Source: a virus (Duplodnaviria > Caudoviricetes). From it: a stretch of DNA of 56,082 bases. Made by a program: the position numbers and the translations under genes. Shown here piece after piece: positions 1-8,860 of this stretch (positions are counted from its first letter, which is position 1; the number at the start of each line of letters is the position of its first letter). Location of the stretch: positions 1-56,082 of the IMG/VR virus record IMGVR_UViG_3300011417_000011. One strand, written 5' to 3'. Under the pieces are notes generated by a model, which had not been told where the DNA came from, made no database searches, and was given only the letters and a program-made list of their open reading frames with translations.

Positions 1-1
1 G

Positions 2-547
2 GTTGTCGTCAATTAGCGCGCTGTAAATGAACTGAACTTCCTTCGCCTGATTGATTGCGTCTAGGAGCGCAACATGCGGGTTTTCCATCTTAGGGACTTC
101 GATTGCTCTCATCCTTGCCATGTCCCGTAGCGTTCGGAGGCAGCGAGTATGGTTGTACTTCCAGGGTCGTTCATACCCAAGCTTAAAGTAAGCGTTCTCA
201 AGTATCGCGATGTCAAAGCTAGGAGCGCTGGCCCAGAGGAGGGCCTCTGGGCCGACTTGCGTTCGAAACATCTCAGAGAAGATGGAGAGCGCCTCTTCAA
301 TGGCCTGTGGTGACTTGAACAGGTTTACTCTGGCTTGGCCAGTCTGCCCCATCCACCATTCGATCGTGTCACCGTCCATTGTTAGACCAGAGCCGATAGC
401 CGAGTCAATTTTAATGTTAACCTGACCCTGGTCTCCCATCCTATCCGAGAACGGGTCAAAGACACACCAGCCCAGGGACGGAAAGACGGAGGTGGGCGCG
501 CGGCCTAGAGTTTCCAGGTCGATCATCACGTGGCTGAATTCAGGCAT
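2..547 (-). CDS. DEDDh 3'-5' exonuclease (Rv2179c/DUF5051-like), runs off the left edge
   Basis: Not in the ORF track. Manual translation gives MPEFSHVMIDLETLG...TIEWW...SFDIAILENAY...RCLRT...HVALLDA, with ExoI/II/III motifs. The ATG overlaps the upstream gene end. Confidence 0.85.
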   Translation of the reverse strand, partial: MPEFSHVMIDLETLGRAPTSVFPSLGWCVFDPFSDRMGDQGQVNIKIDSAIGSGLTMDGDTIEWWMGQTGQARVNLFKSPQAIEEALSIFSEMFRTQVGPEALLWASAPSFDIAILENAYFKLGYERPWKYNHTRCLRTLRDMARMRAIEVPKMENPHVALLDAINQAKEVQFIYSALIDDN

Positions 548-869
548 TAGAGTTATCCCGATGCGTTGACTTGGCCGACATCGCTCCCTGGGCGCGCATC
601 TCTGCCTCGACGAGCATCAGGTAGCGACGAAGGTCGCGGATGTCGTCGATGATCCCTTCGGCACGGGTATCTTCTTCAATCGCAACAAAGATGTCATAAT
701 TGAAATTCTTTGCTTGAAGTTCCAATCTGTCCATCTTTCTGGCCAGCATCATGAAGGCACCAGTACCGCCACGCTTCTTCCAGGAGTCCCCATACGACTC
801 TTGGGCCTTTTTCAATCCAGCGGCATCTTCCGCGCCGATCTCAGAAAGATGGTCGATGTAGTCGCTCAC
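540..869 (-). CDS. Nucleotide-modification-associated all-alpha protein (Nmad1/DUF1599-like, MazG-related)
   Basis: KK..SYGDSW...RKMDRLE...DDIRDLRRY pattern; GTG start overlapping the HD gene stop (GTGA); modification-cluster context. Confidence 0.65.
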   Translation of the reverse strand: MSDYIDHLSEIGAEDAAGLKKAQESYGDSWKKRGGTGAFMMLARKMDRLELQAKNFNYDIFVAIEEDTRAEGIIDDIRDLRRYLMLVEAEMRAQGAMSAKSTHRDNSNA

Positions 870-1402
870 GGTCGATCGCTCCCCCTCTTCCATGTCGTCA
901 TGTCCGTCAAGGACTTTACGACTGGCTTCAATTCGTCTGGGACGCGAGACCAGCTCTCACGAAACCAGCTTTTGAGCTCTTCGATGATTCCTTCAATATG
1001 GCGATTACCAAAGGCTAGCTGGTCCCTTGCCCAGAGGAATAGCTCGAGGCGGTCGGCTGAGTTAAGCCAAGCCTTCTCGTCTGCAGGAAGTTCAAGCATG
1101 ATCTCGTGCTTCTTCCGAAGGAGATCCCGTAGACCATGCTCTGCTTCCTTTAGCTCAGGAGAGGACCACCGTGCTGGAGCCGGAATATCACCCGTCACCC
1201 TCTCGTGGACATCGTGAAGAAGCACAGCTTCAAGCACCGCTAAGGAAGGTGACGGGTGATACGTTAGAACGATCATTGCCATTTGGAACGAGTGCTGGGC
1301 GATGCTATACGATCCGTGATGCGGACACGCATGTGACCGTTCCACAGCACCCGCTTCTCTTAGAAAGAGGAGCTTCTCAGCCTTCTTTTCTGGTGACAGC
1401 AT
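866..1402 (-). CDS. HD-domain 5'-deoxynucleotidase-like hydrolase (YfbR-like)
   Basis: SIAQHS...LLHDVHE..TGDIP...ADRLE; AAGGAG RBS before ATG at 1402. Confidence 0.85.
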   Translation of the reverse strand: MLSPEKKAEKLLFLREAGAVERSHACPHHGSYSIAQHSFQMAMIVLTYHPSPSLAVLEAVLLHDVHERVTGDIPAPARWSSPELKEAEHGLRDLLRKKHEIMLELPADEKAWLNSADRLELFLWARDQLAFGNRHIEGIIEELKSWFRESWSRVPDELKPVVKSLTDMTTWKRGSDRP

Positions 1403-2426
1403 TGGCTCTCCTTTCGTGAATGAAGTCCCTGCACGCAAGAGCCCAATCAGACGCTGCGCACCGTCCTAGCGCTTCAAGAGCGCTATCGAAGCGGTCCTCG
1501 CTCTTTTTCTTAAATAGAGCCCAGGCTGCTCTGAGAGGAGATGCAACTTCATTAAAGAATCGAGTCACGTAGATTGAAGGCTCGTTCTTCATGAACTGGC
1601 TGAGGTCGTTGCGCCAGTCAGAAGCTGACTCCCCATTCTTCACCATGGAAATGATTTCGCCAGGACGCACAACGTATGGATCCGTCTCCTTAATCTTGCT
1701 AGTCTTCCAGGTTTTCTCATCGCCGAATAGACCTACCTCTGAAGGTAAGTCATTCAGCAACGAAAAGTGCCGCTCGTAGATGTGCGTGTTCATCGAGACC
1801 TGGTAATACTTTCCAACCGGCACGCCGATGCGCGCAGCCATGAATTCCAGCAGCATTGAAAAGTGAACTACGTTTGAGCCATAGGTTCCCCAGATCATGT
1901 CATTGGACCTATTTGAAACGAACAGGTCCAACGATCCAGACGTCCCAACCTGGAAGTAACAGTGCGTATTGCACGGCACATCCTTGCTGGCAAGGCCCAG
2001 GTCCAATCGAGCGTCCCACATTGTGAGAACTTGACGACGGTCGTCCTTATGCTCAGCTAGGGCGCTGGCGATACGTTCTAGTTGGTCATAACCAAAATGG
2101 CTGCGCCAACGAGCACCATAAGCGCCGTTGAACGTCAGTCCATCGTCGCTGAACTGGCCGAAGGTCGAGTTGTAGAACTCGATCCAGGATACGTCCTTAC
2201 GCCCATCCAGCATCCAGAGAGCTTCGAAGAAGTGAAAGAACGGGTTAGCTTTTCTGCTTTTCGAAAAGATAACACGTTCTTGCGGCCGCTCGTATACCGT
2301 TGTGACTGGATACGGGAAGACCTTCACCTTCCCGTTCCGGCTTTCGCGTTCCACGCCGTACAGCTTCATGTGCTGGGCAACACGCGGAAGGATCTGTTGT
2401 GCATTCCTTCCTTGGAAGACGTACAT
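1377..2426 (-). CDS. Thymidylate synthase-fold enzyme, probable dUMP hydroxymethyltransferase
   Basis: NPFFHFFEALW, GAYGARW, catalytic DVPCN, RSND, uracil-specifying Asn in GSN, HIYE; sits next to hypermodification genes. Confidence 0.85.
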   Translation of the reverse strand: MYVFQGRNAQQILPRVAQHMKLYGVERESRNGKVKVFPYPVTTVYERPQERVIFSKSRKANPFFHFFEALWMLDGRKDVSWIEFYNSTFGQFSDDGLTFNGAYGARWRSHFGYDQLERIASALAEHKDDRRQVLTMWDARLDLGLASKDVPCNTHCYFQVGTSGSLDLFVSNRSNDMIWGTYGSNVVHFSMLLEFMAARIGVPVGKYYQVSMNTHIYERHFSLLNDLPSEVGLFGDEKTWKTSKIKETDPYVVRPGEIISMVKNGESASDWRNDLSQFMKNEPSIYVTRFFNEVASPLRAAWALFKKKSEDRFDSALEALGRCAASDWALACRDFIHERRANAVTRKEG

Positions 2427-2435
2427 TGGGTTCTC

Positions 2436-2699
2436 CTAAGTGGTAGTGAGTTTAAACGGAATTCTGAACTTCCAGTCTGAAGGGAACAGGAGGTACTCCC
2501 CGTTCATTAGTAATCTCGAAACGAATGACAAAAGGGGGTTACCTTTCTCGTCAACAACTTCGACTAGAAGACACTTTCTTTTGTAAGTATCTTGAGCCGT
2601 AATTCTGACATTTCCGACAAATTCCCCTTCTGCCGGGAATTTGCCTTTAAGGTACTGCTGCTTAACGTAATCGCTAAGCCTTACTCCATTCTTTTCCAT
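2436..2699 (-). CDS. Hypothetical protein
   Basis: Fills the gap in a tightly packed operon; start chosen by GGAG RBS. Confidence 0.5.
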   Translation of the reverse strand: MEKNGVRLSDYVKQQYLKGKFPAEGEFVGNVRITAQDTYKRKCLLVEVVDEKGNPLLSFVSRLLMNGEYLLFPSDWKFRIPFKLTTT

Positions 2700-3618
2700 A
2701 CCACGCTGCTCCGTGAAACATAGAACGCGGTCTTCCCTCCCCATGCTTCACTCTGAGGTACTTATCGACTTCGCAGAGGCTATGCTGGATATCCCGCATT
2801 TCCAGGCGCGGGAACCACCTAGGAAGGTTCCGGGGGGCCTCCTCTAGGAGCCTCTGCATAAGCGGTAGAGCCTCGGCTCTAGAGACCGTGGGCGAGGGTA
2901 CTCCCCGTAGACGGCCGTCCTCTCGTAGGAGCCGACGGAGCCCTCTGATGGCTCCAGGACCTGCATTAGCCCAGGAGTCAATGTCGGGCGAACAACGGAG
3001 GAGAGAGGTCCATCGAGCGTCCGTAACAAGCTCATAGGACATGAACGGTCCCCACCCAAGAAGCTTATTCGTACGCATCCAGGACCAAGCACCTTCAAGT
3101 GGAAGCGGAGAGTCGCTAGAATGACGGAATGGGCAGTCGCGTCGCCTTGCGAAGAGGCCACCAACCACTCCTTCTGCGATGTAGGCCTGCTTCGACTGGC
3201 CGAACCACAGGTTACTTGGGCTGCTCGGTGCGCTAATCATGTAGGCACCCGTATAGATCTTACGACCTTGATCCTTACGCTCCTGCGTCAGTTTCGTAAC
3301 GGCGCGAGAATCAAAAGCGCGCGAGATAACCGGCCACGTCTCAGGTCCACCGTCAATGAGAGCTTGAAGTGTCTCTGGGAGGTTGTAGATTCTAGCCATG
3401 CCGAGCATCACAAACAAATTTGGATGCTTGTCATAGGGCTCTCGAATGTTTTCACGGATCCAAGTCGTAACGCGATCATGCTCCCGGAACACATTGCAGA
3501 ACTTAAAGGTCTGCAAGATAACGTCCTGCGTAAACGGAGGGCGTATTCCTGCCATTCGGTTTTGACGGATTTTCTCACGCTCCGTCATCCAGTACCAGAG
3601 CGGTTCAGGGTAGAGCAT
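2674..3618 (-). CDS. aGPT-Pplase1 family protein (5-hmdU DNA kinase helical domain)
   Basis: ERE.IR...D.IL..FKFCNVFREHDRVT, GPFMSYE...D, NAGPGAIRGL, IQHSLCEVDKY.R motifs. Confidence 0.85.
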   Translation of the reverse strand: MLYPEPLWYWMTEREKIRQNRMAGIRPPFTQDVILQTFKFCNVFREHDRVTTWIRENIREPYDKHPNLFVMLGMARIYNLPETLQALIDGGPETWPVISRAFDSRAVTKLTQERKDQGRKIYTGAYMISAPSSPSNLWFGQSKQAYIAEGVVGGLFARRRDCPFRHSSDSPLPLEGAWSWMRTNKLLGWGPFMSYELVTDARWTSLLRCSPDIDSWANAGPGAIRGLRRLLREDGRLRGVPSPTVSRAEALPLMQRLLEEAPRNLPRWFPRLEMRDIQHSLCEVDKYLRVKHGEGRPRSMFHGAAWYGKEWSKA

Positions 3619-4189
3619 TGACCGCCATCTCACAGTCCCAGAGATACTTCACGAGCGTCTGATACTCTTGACCTGCTGGAAGATCTAGAACCTTGACTCG
3701 TTGGCTCTGCATCGCCTTCCGCCTCGTTGAGCGAACGGCGTCATGCTTGTGACGAACATTCTTCTCTTGGAAGGCCTTGCCACCGTTCCTGGCGTAGATC
3801 CTTTTGACACACTCTTCAGGAGAAGTTTCGAGGTAAGCCCAGGTGGTTGGGAATTCAGCAGCGAATTCGTACCACGAGGAGAAAAGACCGGAGGCAAGAG
3901 CTCCTTCCGCGAGGACGTGCTTAACGCCATCTGTTTTGACTGCAAGACGGATGGCGTCCCTTTGGGTGTCGGTGCTCTTGATTGAATCAAGACCACCGGA
4001 CATCATCTTATAGCTGCCAATCACACAGATCCCATCCCCAGTCACGTGCCCTGGGATGATAACCGACTTCCCACTTAAAGGGCAGATAAGCGGTCCTAGG
4101 TCCAGCACCCTAACCGCTTGCTCGAGAAACTTTCGAGCAAGAGTCGTCTTTCCTGAGCCGTTGGTGCCGCGAATATTAACGAACATCAC
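3605..4189 (-). CDS. P-loop nucleotide kinase of hypermodification clusters
   Basis: NIRGTNGSGKTT Walker A; IGSY...GGLD; EG; lid R..ARN. Confidence 0.8.
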   Translation of the reverse strand: MMFVNIRGTNGSGKTTLARKFLEQAVRVLDLGPLICPLSGKSVIIPGHVTGDGICVIGSYKMMSGGLDSIKSTDTQRDAIRLAVKTDGVKHVLAEGALASGLFSSWYEFAAEFPTTWAYLETSPEECVKRIYARNGGKAFQEKNVRHKHDAVRSTRRKAMQSQRVKVLDLPAGQEYQTLVKYLWDCEMAVNALP

Positions 4190-4476
4190 ACTTTCCTCAG
4201 AGTCGGAGCGATCTTATTCCTGATCGCTTCGAATTCTCTCTGCTCAGACGCTTTCTTAGAATTCGCTCGATCAACAGAGTCCTTCGTCCCAGCAGCGATC
4301 AGGACAGAAGCAATGCCAGCAAGAGAATTAGCAATCGTCATGAGATGATTACCAATTGTGAGAGTGGCGCAGCCCTTACATGGGGCAGTAGCCTTCTTTT
4401 CGCCGTAGTAGTGGTTCTTACAGCCACAATCAAGTTCTTCAATCTTGTCCGGCTGCTGCTCCTGCTGATCCGTCAT
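4186..4476 (-). CDS. Hypothetical protein, possible Zn ligands
   Basis: CGC..H...PCKGC; translationally coupled on both sides. Confidence 0.55.
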   Translation of the reverse strand: MTDQQEQQPDKIEELDCGCKNHYYGEKKATAPCKGCATLTIGNHLMTIANSLAGIASVLIAAGTKDSVDRANSKKASEQREFEAIRNKIAPTLRKV

Positions 4477-5558
4477 TTCCTTCTCCAGAATTTGCGGAGG
4501 CGAGAAGGCTCCCCATCCGCGTTCCTAACGCCATCGTTAAAGCTATTCTTGAAGCACTCGTGCTCTATATCCATCATAATCGGCTGACCCGTGCGTAGGT
4601 AGTGGTTCTGCTTGACGGGGACACAGCCAGGATCGGACAGAGTATCTTCCAACCTTAGATAAGAGGGAAGATACTTTGTCCGAGCCTCCCAGAACACCGA
4701 GAAGTCTATCTCGGGCCATGAATACTCGGCAGCACAAATACGATCGTGCATGAGGTCGTTGTAGACGTTTGGATACCTACGATTCAGCCGATGCCAGCTT
4801 TTGTACGTGCATAGAGCGCTCTCAAGGGTGAAGAGGTTCGCATCCTTACTACCCATAGCACCTCGCTCATGTACCTCAGCCAGTATTTCATCTGCCTCTT
4901 GGATAAGTGTCTCCACCAGACCCGGCGGATAATCGCCTCCGAACATTGGATTTGAATGGTGCCAGTCATACTCATCTCTCCCAGTAACGATGCAGAGACC
5001 GTTCCTGTGCGACTTACTACCGCTCATATCGTGAAGGAAGAGTGTGTCGCAGTCGAATTTGACACCAGCGATTTTAAGGTATTCGCTGTATGAGAAGGCT
5101 GAGAGTCGGCCAAAGGTGTAGACAGAAGTCGCCGCGTCCCAGATGGCGGAGAAACCACCATCTGCAATTTGGTCCAAGAACTTCTTCTGACTATAATCTC
5201 CAAGGAGATTATAATACGACGCCAAAGACTCCATAAGGAAAGGTTTATGGTGCCGTCGATCGGTGTCGTACTGAAGACGGCCATAGTTCTCCTCGTAGAA
5301 CTTCTTCAACGATCCAAGATCATCCTTGCCTGCATTGAAGAGGAGCCAACTTGTAACTGGGTTCTGCGTGTTACCGTTGAGGAAACAGAAGAAGAGCGTC
5401 TGCTCATCATCCCACTTATACCGCTCTCGAAGGAATGGTATTAGATAGTACACACCACCGGGATGGGACTTGTACCGAAGATGAAATTCATAGAACCGAA
5501 GGAATGTTTCTCTTCGGTATTCCTTCTTCCGGAAGTCGAGCCCAGGTGATAGGGTCAT
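4473..5558 (-). CDS. aGPT-Pplase2 family amino acid:DNA transferase
   Basis: DFR..EYRRE.F..FY.FHL.Y.SHPG, YDTDRR, FGRLSAFSY.EY, TLESALCTYK, RRYPNVY. Confidence 0.8.
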   Translation of the reverse strand: MTLSPGLDFRKKEYRRETFLRFYEFHLRYKSHPGGVYYLIPFLRERYKWDDEQTLFFCFLNGNTQNPVTSWLLFNAGKDDLGSLKKFYEENYGRLQYDTDRRHHKPFLMESLASYYNLLGDYSQKKFLDQIADGGFSAIWDAATSVYTFGRLSAFSYSEYLKIAGVKFDCDTLFLHDMSGSKSHRNGLCIVTGRDEYDWHHSNPMFGGDYPPGLVETLIQEADEILAEVHERGAMGSKDANLFTLESALCTYKSWHRLNRRYPNVYNDLMHDRICAAEYSWPEIDFSVFWEARTKYLPSYLRLEDTLSDPGCVPVKQNHYLRTGQPIMMDIEHECFKNSFNDGVRNADGEPSRLRKFWRRK

Positions 5559-6322
5559 CTCTGGGCCACCAGAAGAACTTTGCCGGTTAACTTCCGACCG
5601 GCCCAGCGATATGCTTTGAGTCCGTATCGGCGATCAAGATCCAAGCCATGAGGTGGATCATCTCCTGGCTCTGACATCTCGTTCAGAACATAGTCATCAT
5701 GAATAATATGCAAGTTAGAGCCGCTGATCTGAACGCCAAGATCTACAGCTTCCTTTATGATCTTCTTGCGGTAGTGGTCTAGGAAGCCGGAAGTTGGCTT
5801 ATGGCTTAGATACGCACAAACAGTGAAAGCAAAGGGCATATTCCTGAATATAAGCGAAAGAAGGGCAGAGACCGCCCTCCCTGAGTCGTCTTGAACCAGG
5901 ACATGACCATATGTCCCAAACATGTCAGGATGGGTAAGAAGCCGCTCCCGGATCGTCTTCGTTATCTCTAGGCAGTCGCTCCAGTCCCAGAGAATCAGGC
6001 TCTCGCCGATGCCGTTCTTCTTAATGAAGAACCGGACGATTGCTTCTTGTTCACTGAGCTTAGCGCGCTCAATCAACATCGGGATCGCGCCGTGTGCCGC
6101 GGCTTCGGCGTGCCGTGACTCTGGGCCGCCAGAAGTAAAGAAGAGGCACTGCCTTTCCCTAGCTTGGCACGCTTTAGCAAGAGAAAGAGAGAAGGTCGTG
6201 TAAGATCTTTCGATCGTCGAGATCGTAATAAATTTAGGAATCCGATTCAACATCTCGAATAGGCCAGCCTCCTCGGGTTCTGTGCCTAGGGTTATAACCG
6301 AAATGTCGATCTTGCCCGCCAT
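5555..6322 (-). CDS. Divergent fold-type II PLP-enzyme-like protein
   Basis: LAKACQ...CLFF segment, DSG glycine-loop remnant, C-terminal LDRRYGLKAY.W...KVLL resembling LDxxYxxK; adjacent to the amino acid:DNA transferase. Confidence 0.45.
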   Translation of the reverse strand: MAGKIDISVITLGTEPEEAGLFEMLNRIPKFITISTIERSYTTFSLSLAKACQARERQCLFFTSGGPESRHAEAAAHGAIPMLIERAKLSEQEAIVRFFIKKNGIGESLILWDWSDCLEITKTIRERLLTHPDMFGTYGHVLVQDDSGRAVSALLSLIFRNMPFAFTVCAYLSHKPTSGFLDHYRKKIIKEAVDLGVQISGSNLHIIHDDYVLNEMSEPGDDPPHGLDLDRRYGLKAYRWAGRKLTGKVLLVAQR

Positions 6323-6334
6323 CGCCAATCCCCC

Positions 6335-8851
6335 TTAGTTGCAGTCTCGACGGCCAGTAGCCGGATCGAACGCGCAGGATGAAGGCTCAACGTCCTTCAA
6401 AATCGGTGCGCGTTTCCCTTCCATCTGAAACGTCGTACAACCTTTACAGCCATTCTTCCAAGCCTGGAAATAAAGATTCTTGAAATCTTCCCATTTTGTG
6501 GAAGCTGGGACGTTGCAAGTCTTCGACACGGAGGAGTCTACGTGTTCAGAGGCAGCGACGAGCACGGCAAGATGCTCGTCTATACTTACATCCGCCGCCT
6601 TCTTACCGAACACGCCAAAGTTCTTAACGCCATAATCCTCGACCGTGATTTTACGAGGTCCTTCGAACTCGATGACGGTCCGTTCTGTCTTGTGAGAAAA
6701 GACAGGTTCGATTCCGCTAGAGACGTTATCAGCGCACAGGCTAATCGTGCCAGTCGGGGCGATAGACGTCAAGTGCGAGTTGCGAATACCGTGTCGTTTA
6801 ATTCCAGCACGAGTTTCTTCGCTGAGACTTCGAATGAACTGCCCATCGAGATACTCATCCTCATACTTAGGGAAGGAACCTTTCTCCTTTGCTAAGTCGA
6901 TGGAAGCTCGGTAACATCCTTCCTTGATTATTCTTAGGATGGTTTCAGTCAGGCTAATGAATTCAGGAGTTCCATATTTAAGGCCCTGTGCTTCACACGC
7001 ATTCGCGAGACCCGTTACGCCCAGACCCATCCGTCGCTTACTCCGCGCTTCTTTCTCCTGCTCATAGAGCGGATAGACAGCGCGGTCTACGACATTATCC
7101 ATCGCGCGAACAACATGCGGGATGTCCTCCTCAAGCATGCCGAGGCGGAACGCGTTATTATCATTCTTATCAACGTATTTGGCGAGGTTAAAGGAGCCAA
7201 GTAGACAAGCACCATAAGGAGGTAAAGGTTGCTCCCCGCAGTTATGTACGAGGACGCCGTCGTTCTTGCCGGTTTGGATGAAGAAACGATTAGTTTCTTC
7301 GACAGTTCCACAAAAGACATCTTCTACTTCTTCGAGGAATTCGACAGAGATGACCTTATGGTTAGCCGTCTTGATCCGATGCTGAACCGTGTACTTCGAG
7401 CAACCAACTTGCTTCGCAATTTTGTTGAAGCTAAGACCAGACCCACGAAGCTCAAGAATTTTTTCCGTGGAGACTTCATCTCTCCAACGGCCATTCTTTG
7501 GCCCTCGTGTGCAATCTGGGAAAAGCTTCATTGGGTTTCTGCCCGGCATCCTTCTTAAAGGATTAGAGTCACCAGACATATGAAGACGCTGGTGCTCAGT
7601 AGAGTCGATGACCTCTAGATTCGAAGGCCTGTTATCGCCTTTCTTGCCGTTGATATGATGGGTATGGACTTTAGATCCAAGACCCTTAATTCCTTCAAAC
7701 GGGACATGATGTTCAAGTGGGTGAACAATTCCGTTCAAAAGGTTTAAGTACCCTTTCGAATTGGCCTTATGCCTATAGACGGATGCCAAAGAATCCTTAG
7801 GCTGTAGATCCTTTGCTTTGCACTCACTACCATCACGCATATAGAAAACGTGATTAGGAGTACAACGAATCTCGCCACCATTATCAAGCTTAATCCTAAC
7901 TAACTTTGCTTTGGTCGCAGTCCGACGAATGTTAGCCATTTTTCGATAGACAAGTTTACCATCAGGAAGCTGTGTTAGGACGAGGACACTTTCCGGGTTA
8001 GCCTCAGCGAGAGTCGAGAACTGGACAGGTCCATACTCTGCTGTCCATACATGAGTATCACCAGTGAAACAGGGATTCGTCGCAGCGATCTGTTCGCAAT
8101 AGTACAGGTTATTCATGCGGTTGATCGCGTCGATGAATAGGACGCCAGGTTCCGCCCAGTCCCAAGTCGAGCGCATGATTTGTTCCCAGAGAGCGCGAGC
8201 ATCAATCTCGCGGTAGTTCTCTCCAGCAAACTTCAGCATGAACGGGGTGCCACTCTCGACGCACTGCATGAAGCCGTCAGTCACGGCGATCGAGATATTG
8301 AATCCCGTAAGGCGCGTCCCATTTTGCTTCGCGTGGACGAATTCCTCGATATCTGGGTGATCAACGCGGAGAACACCCATCTGGGCTCCGCGCCGGTGCC
8401 CAGAGGAGGCGACGCAACGGCAGATAGCGTCGAAAATATCCATGAAGGATATCGGACCAGAGGACTTGGAACTCAGCTTGCGGATCAGAGCGCCGCGTGG
8501 GCGGAGCGTGCTGAAGTCGTAACCGATTCCACCTCCCATCCTCATCGTAATCGCCGCTTCCTTCGCACGCTCCATGATAGAGCCGTGGCCATCGACGAAG
8601 GAGTCCTCGATGGTTCCACTGACGAAGCAGTTGTACGGCGTCGTTCGCTTGGAGGACCCAATCGCTGACTGGATCCTACCACCTGGCAAGAAGCGCATCC
8701 CGAGAAGGATGTCGCGTGTCTTGAAGTAATGCTCGTCGTTGTCTTTGAGCGCCGAAGCGACCCGGTTCATTGCCTCCTTGAATGTCTCCCCACCGTGTCG
8801 GTACTTCTCAGCGTGCAGCGTGTCCGAAAACTCTAGTTGCGGCCCTTCCAC
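6335..8851 (-). CDS. nrdJ: Class II (B12-dependent) ribonucleotide reductase with intein
   Basis: FLPGGR, NCFV, GGGIGYDFS.LRP, RRGAQM, EPGVLFID, TNP|CGEQ, ACLLGS, SIAPTGTIS, VSKT, KGCTTF; no beta-subunit gene nearby. Confidence 0.92.
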   Translation of the reverse strand: MEGPQLEFSDTLHAEKYRHGGETFKEAMNRVASALKDNDEHYFKTRDILLGMRFLPGGRIQSAIGSSKRTTPYNCFVSGTIEDSFVDGHGSIMERAKEAAITMRMGGGIGYDFSTLRPRGALIRKLSSKSSGPISFMDIFDAICRCVASSGHRRGAQMGVLRVDHPDIEEFVHAKQNGTRLTGFNISIAVTDGFMQCVESGTPFMLKFAGENYREIDARALWEQIMRSTWDWAEPGVLFIDAINRMNNLYYCEQIAATNPCFTGDTHVWTAEYGPVQFSTLAEANPESVLVLTQLPDGKLVYRKMANIRRTATKAKLVRIKLDNGGEIRCTPNHVFYMRDGSECKAKDLQPKDSLASVYRHKANSKGYLNLLNGIVHPLEHHVPFEGIKGLGSKVHTHHINGKKGDNRPSNLEVIDSTEHQRLHMSGDSNPLRRMPGRNPMKLFPDCTRGPKNGRWRDEVSTEKILELRGSGLSFNKIAKQVGCSKYTVQHRIKTANHKVISVEFLEEVEDVFCGTVEETNRFFIQTGKNDGVLVHNCGEQPLPPYGACLLGSFNLAKYVDKNDNNAFRLGMLEEDIPHVVRAMDNVVDRAVYPLYEQEKEARSKRRMGLGVTGLANACEAQGLKYGTPEFISLTETILRIIKEGCYRASIDLAKEKGSFPKYEDEYLDGQFIRSLSEETRAGIKRHGIRNSHLTSIAPTGTISLCADNVSSGIEPVFSHKTERTVIEFEGPRKITVEDYGVKNFGVFGKKAADVSIDEHLAVLVAASEHVDSSVSKTCNVPASTKWEDFKNLYFQAWKNGCKGCTTFQMEGKRAPILKDVEPSSCAFDPATGRRDCN
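7241..8071 (-). mobile_element. Intein (277 aa) with HNH homing endonuclease in RNR
   Basis: Starts CFTGDT, block B CTPNH, HNH HHINGKKGDNRPSNLE, HTH-like segment, ends VLVHN followed by Cys+1; removal restores TNPCGEQ. Confidence 0.93.
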
Positions 8852-8860
8852 CTAGATCTC

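Noticed and set aside
109-425. Short ORFs 109-300 and 210-425
   Set aside because: Shadows of the exonuclease CDS at 2-547.
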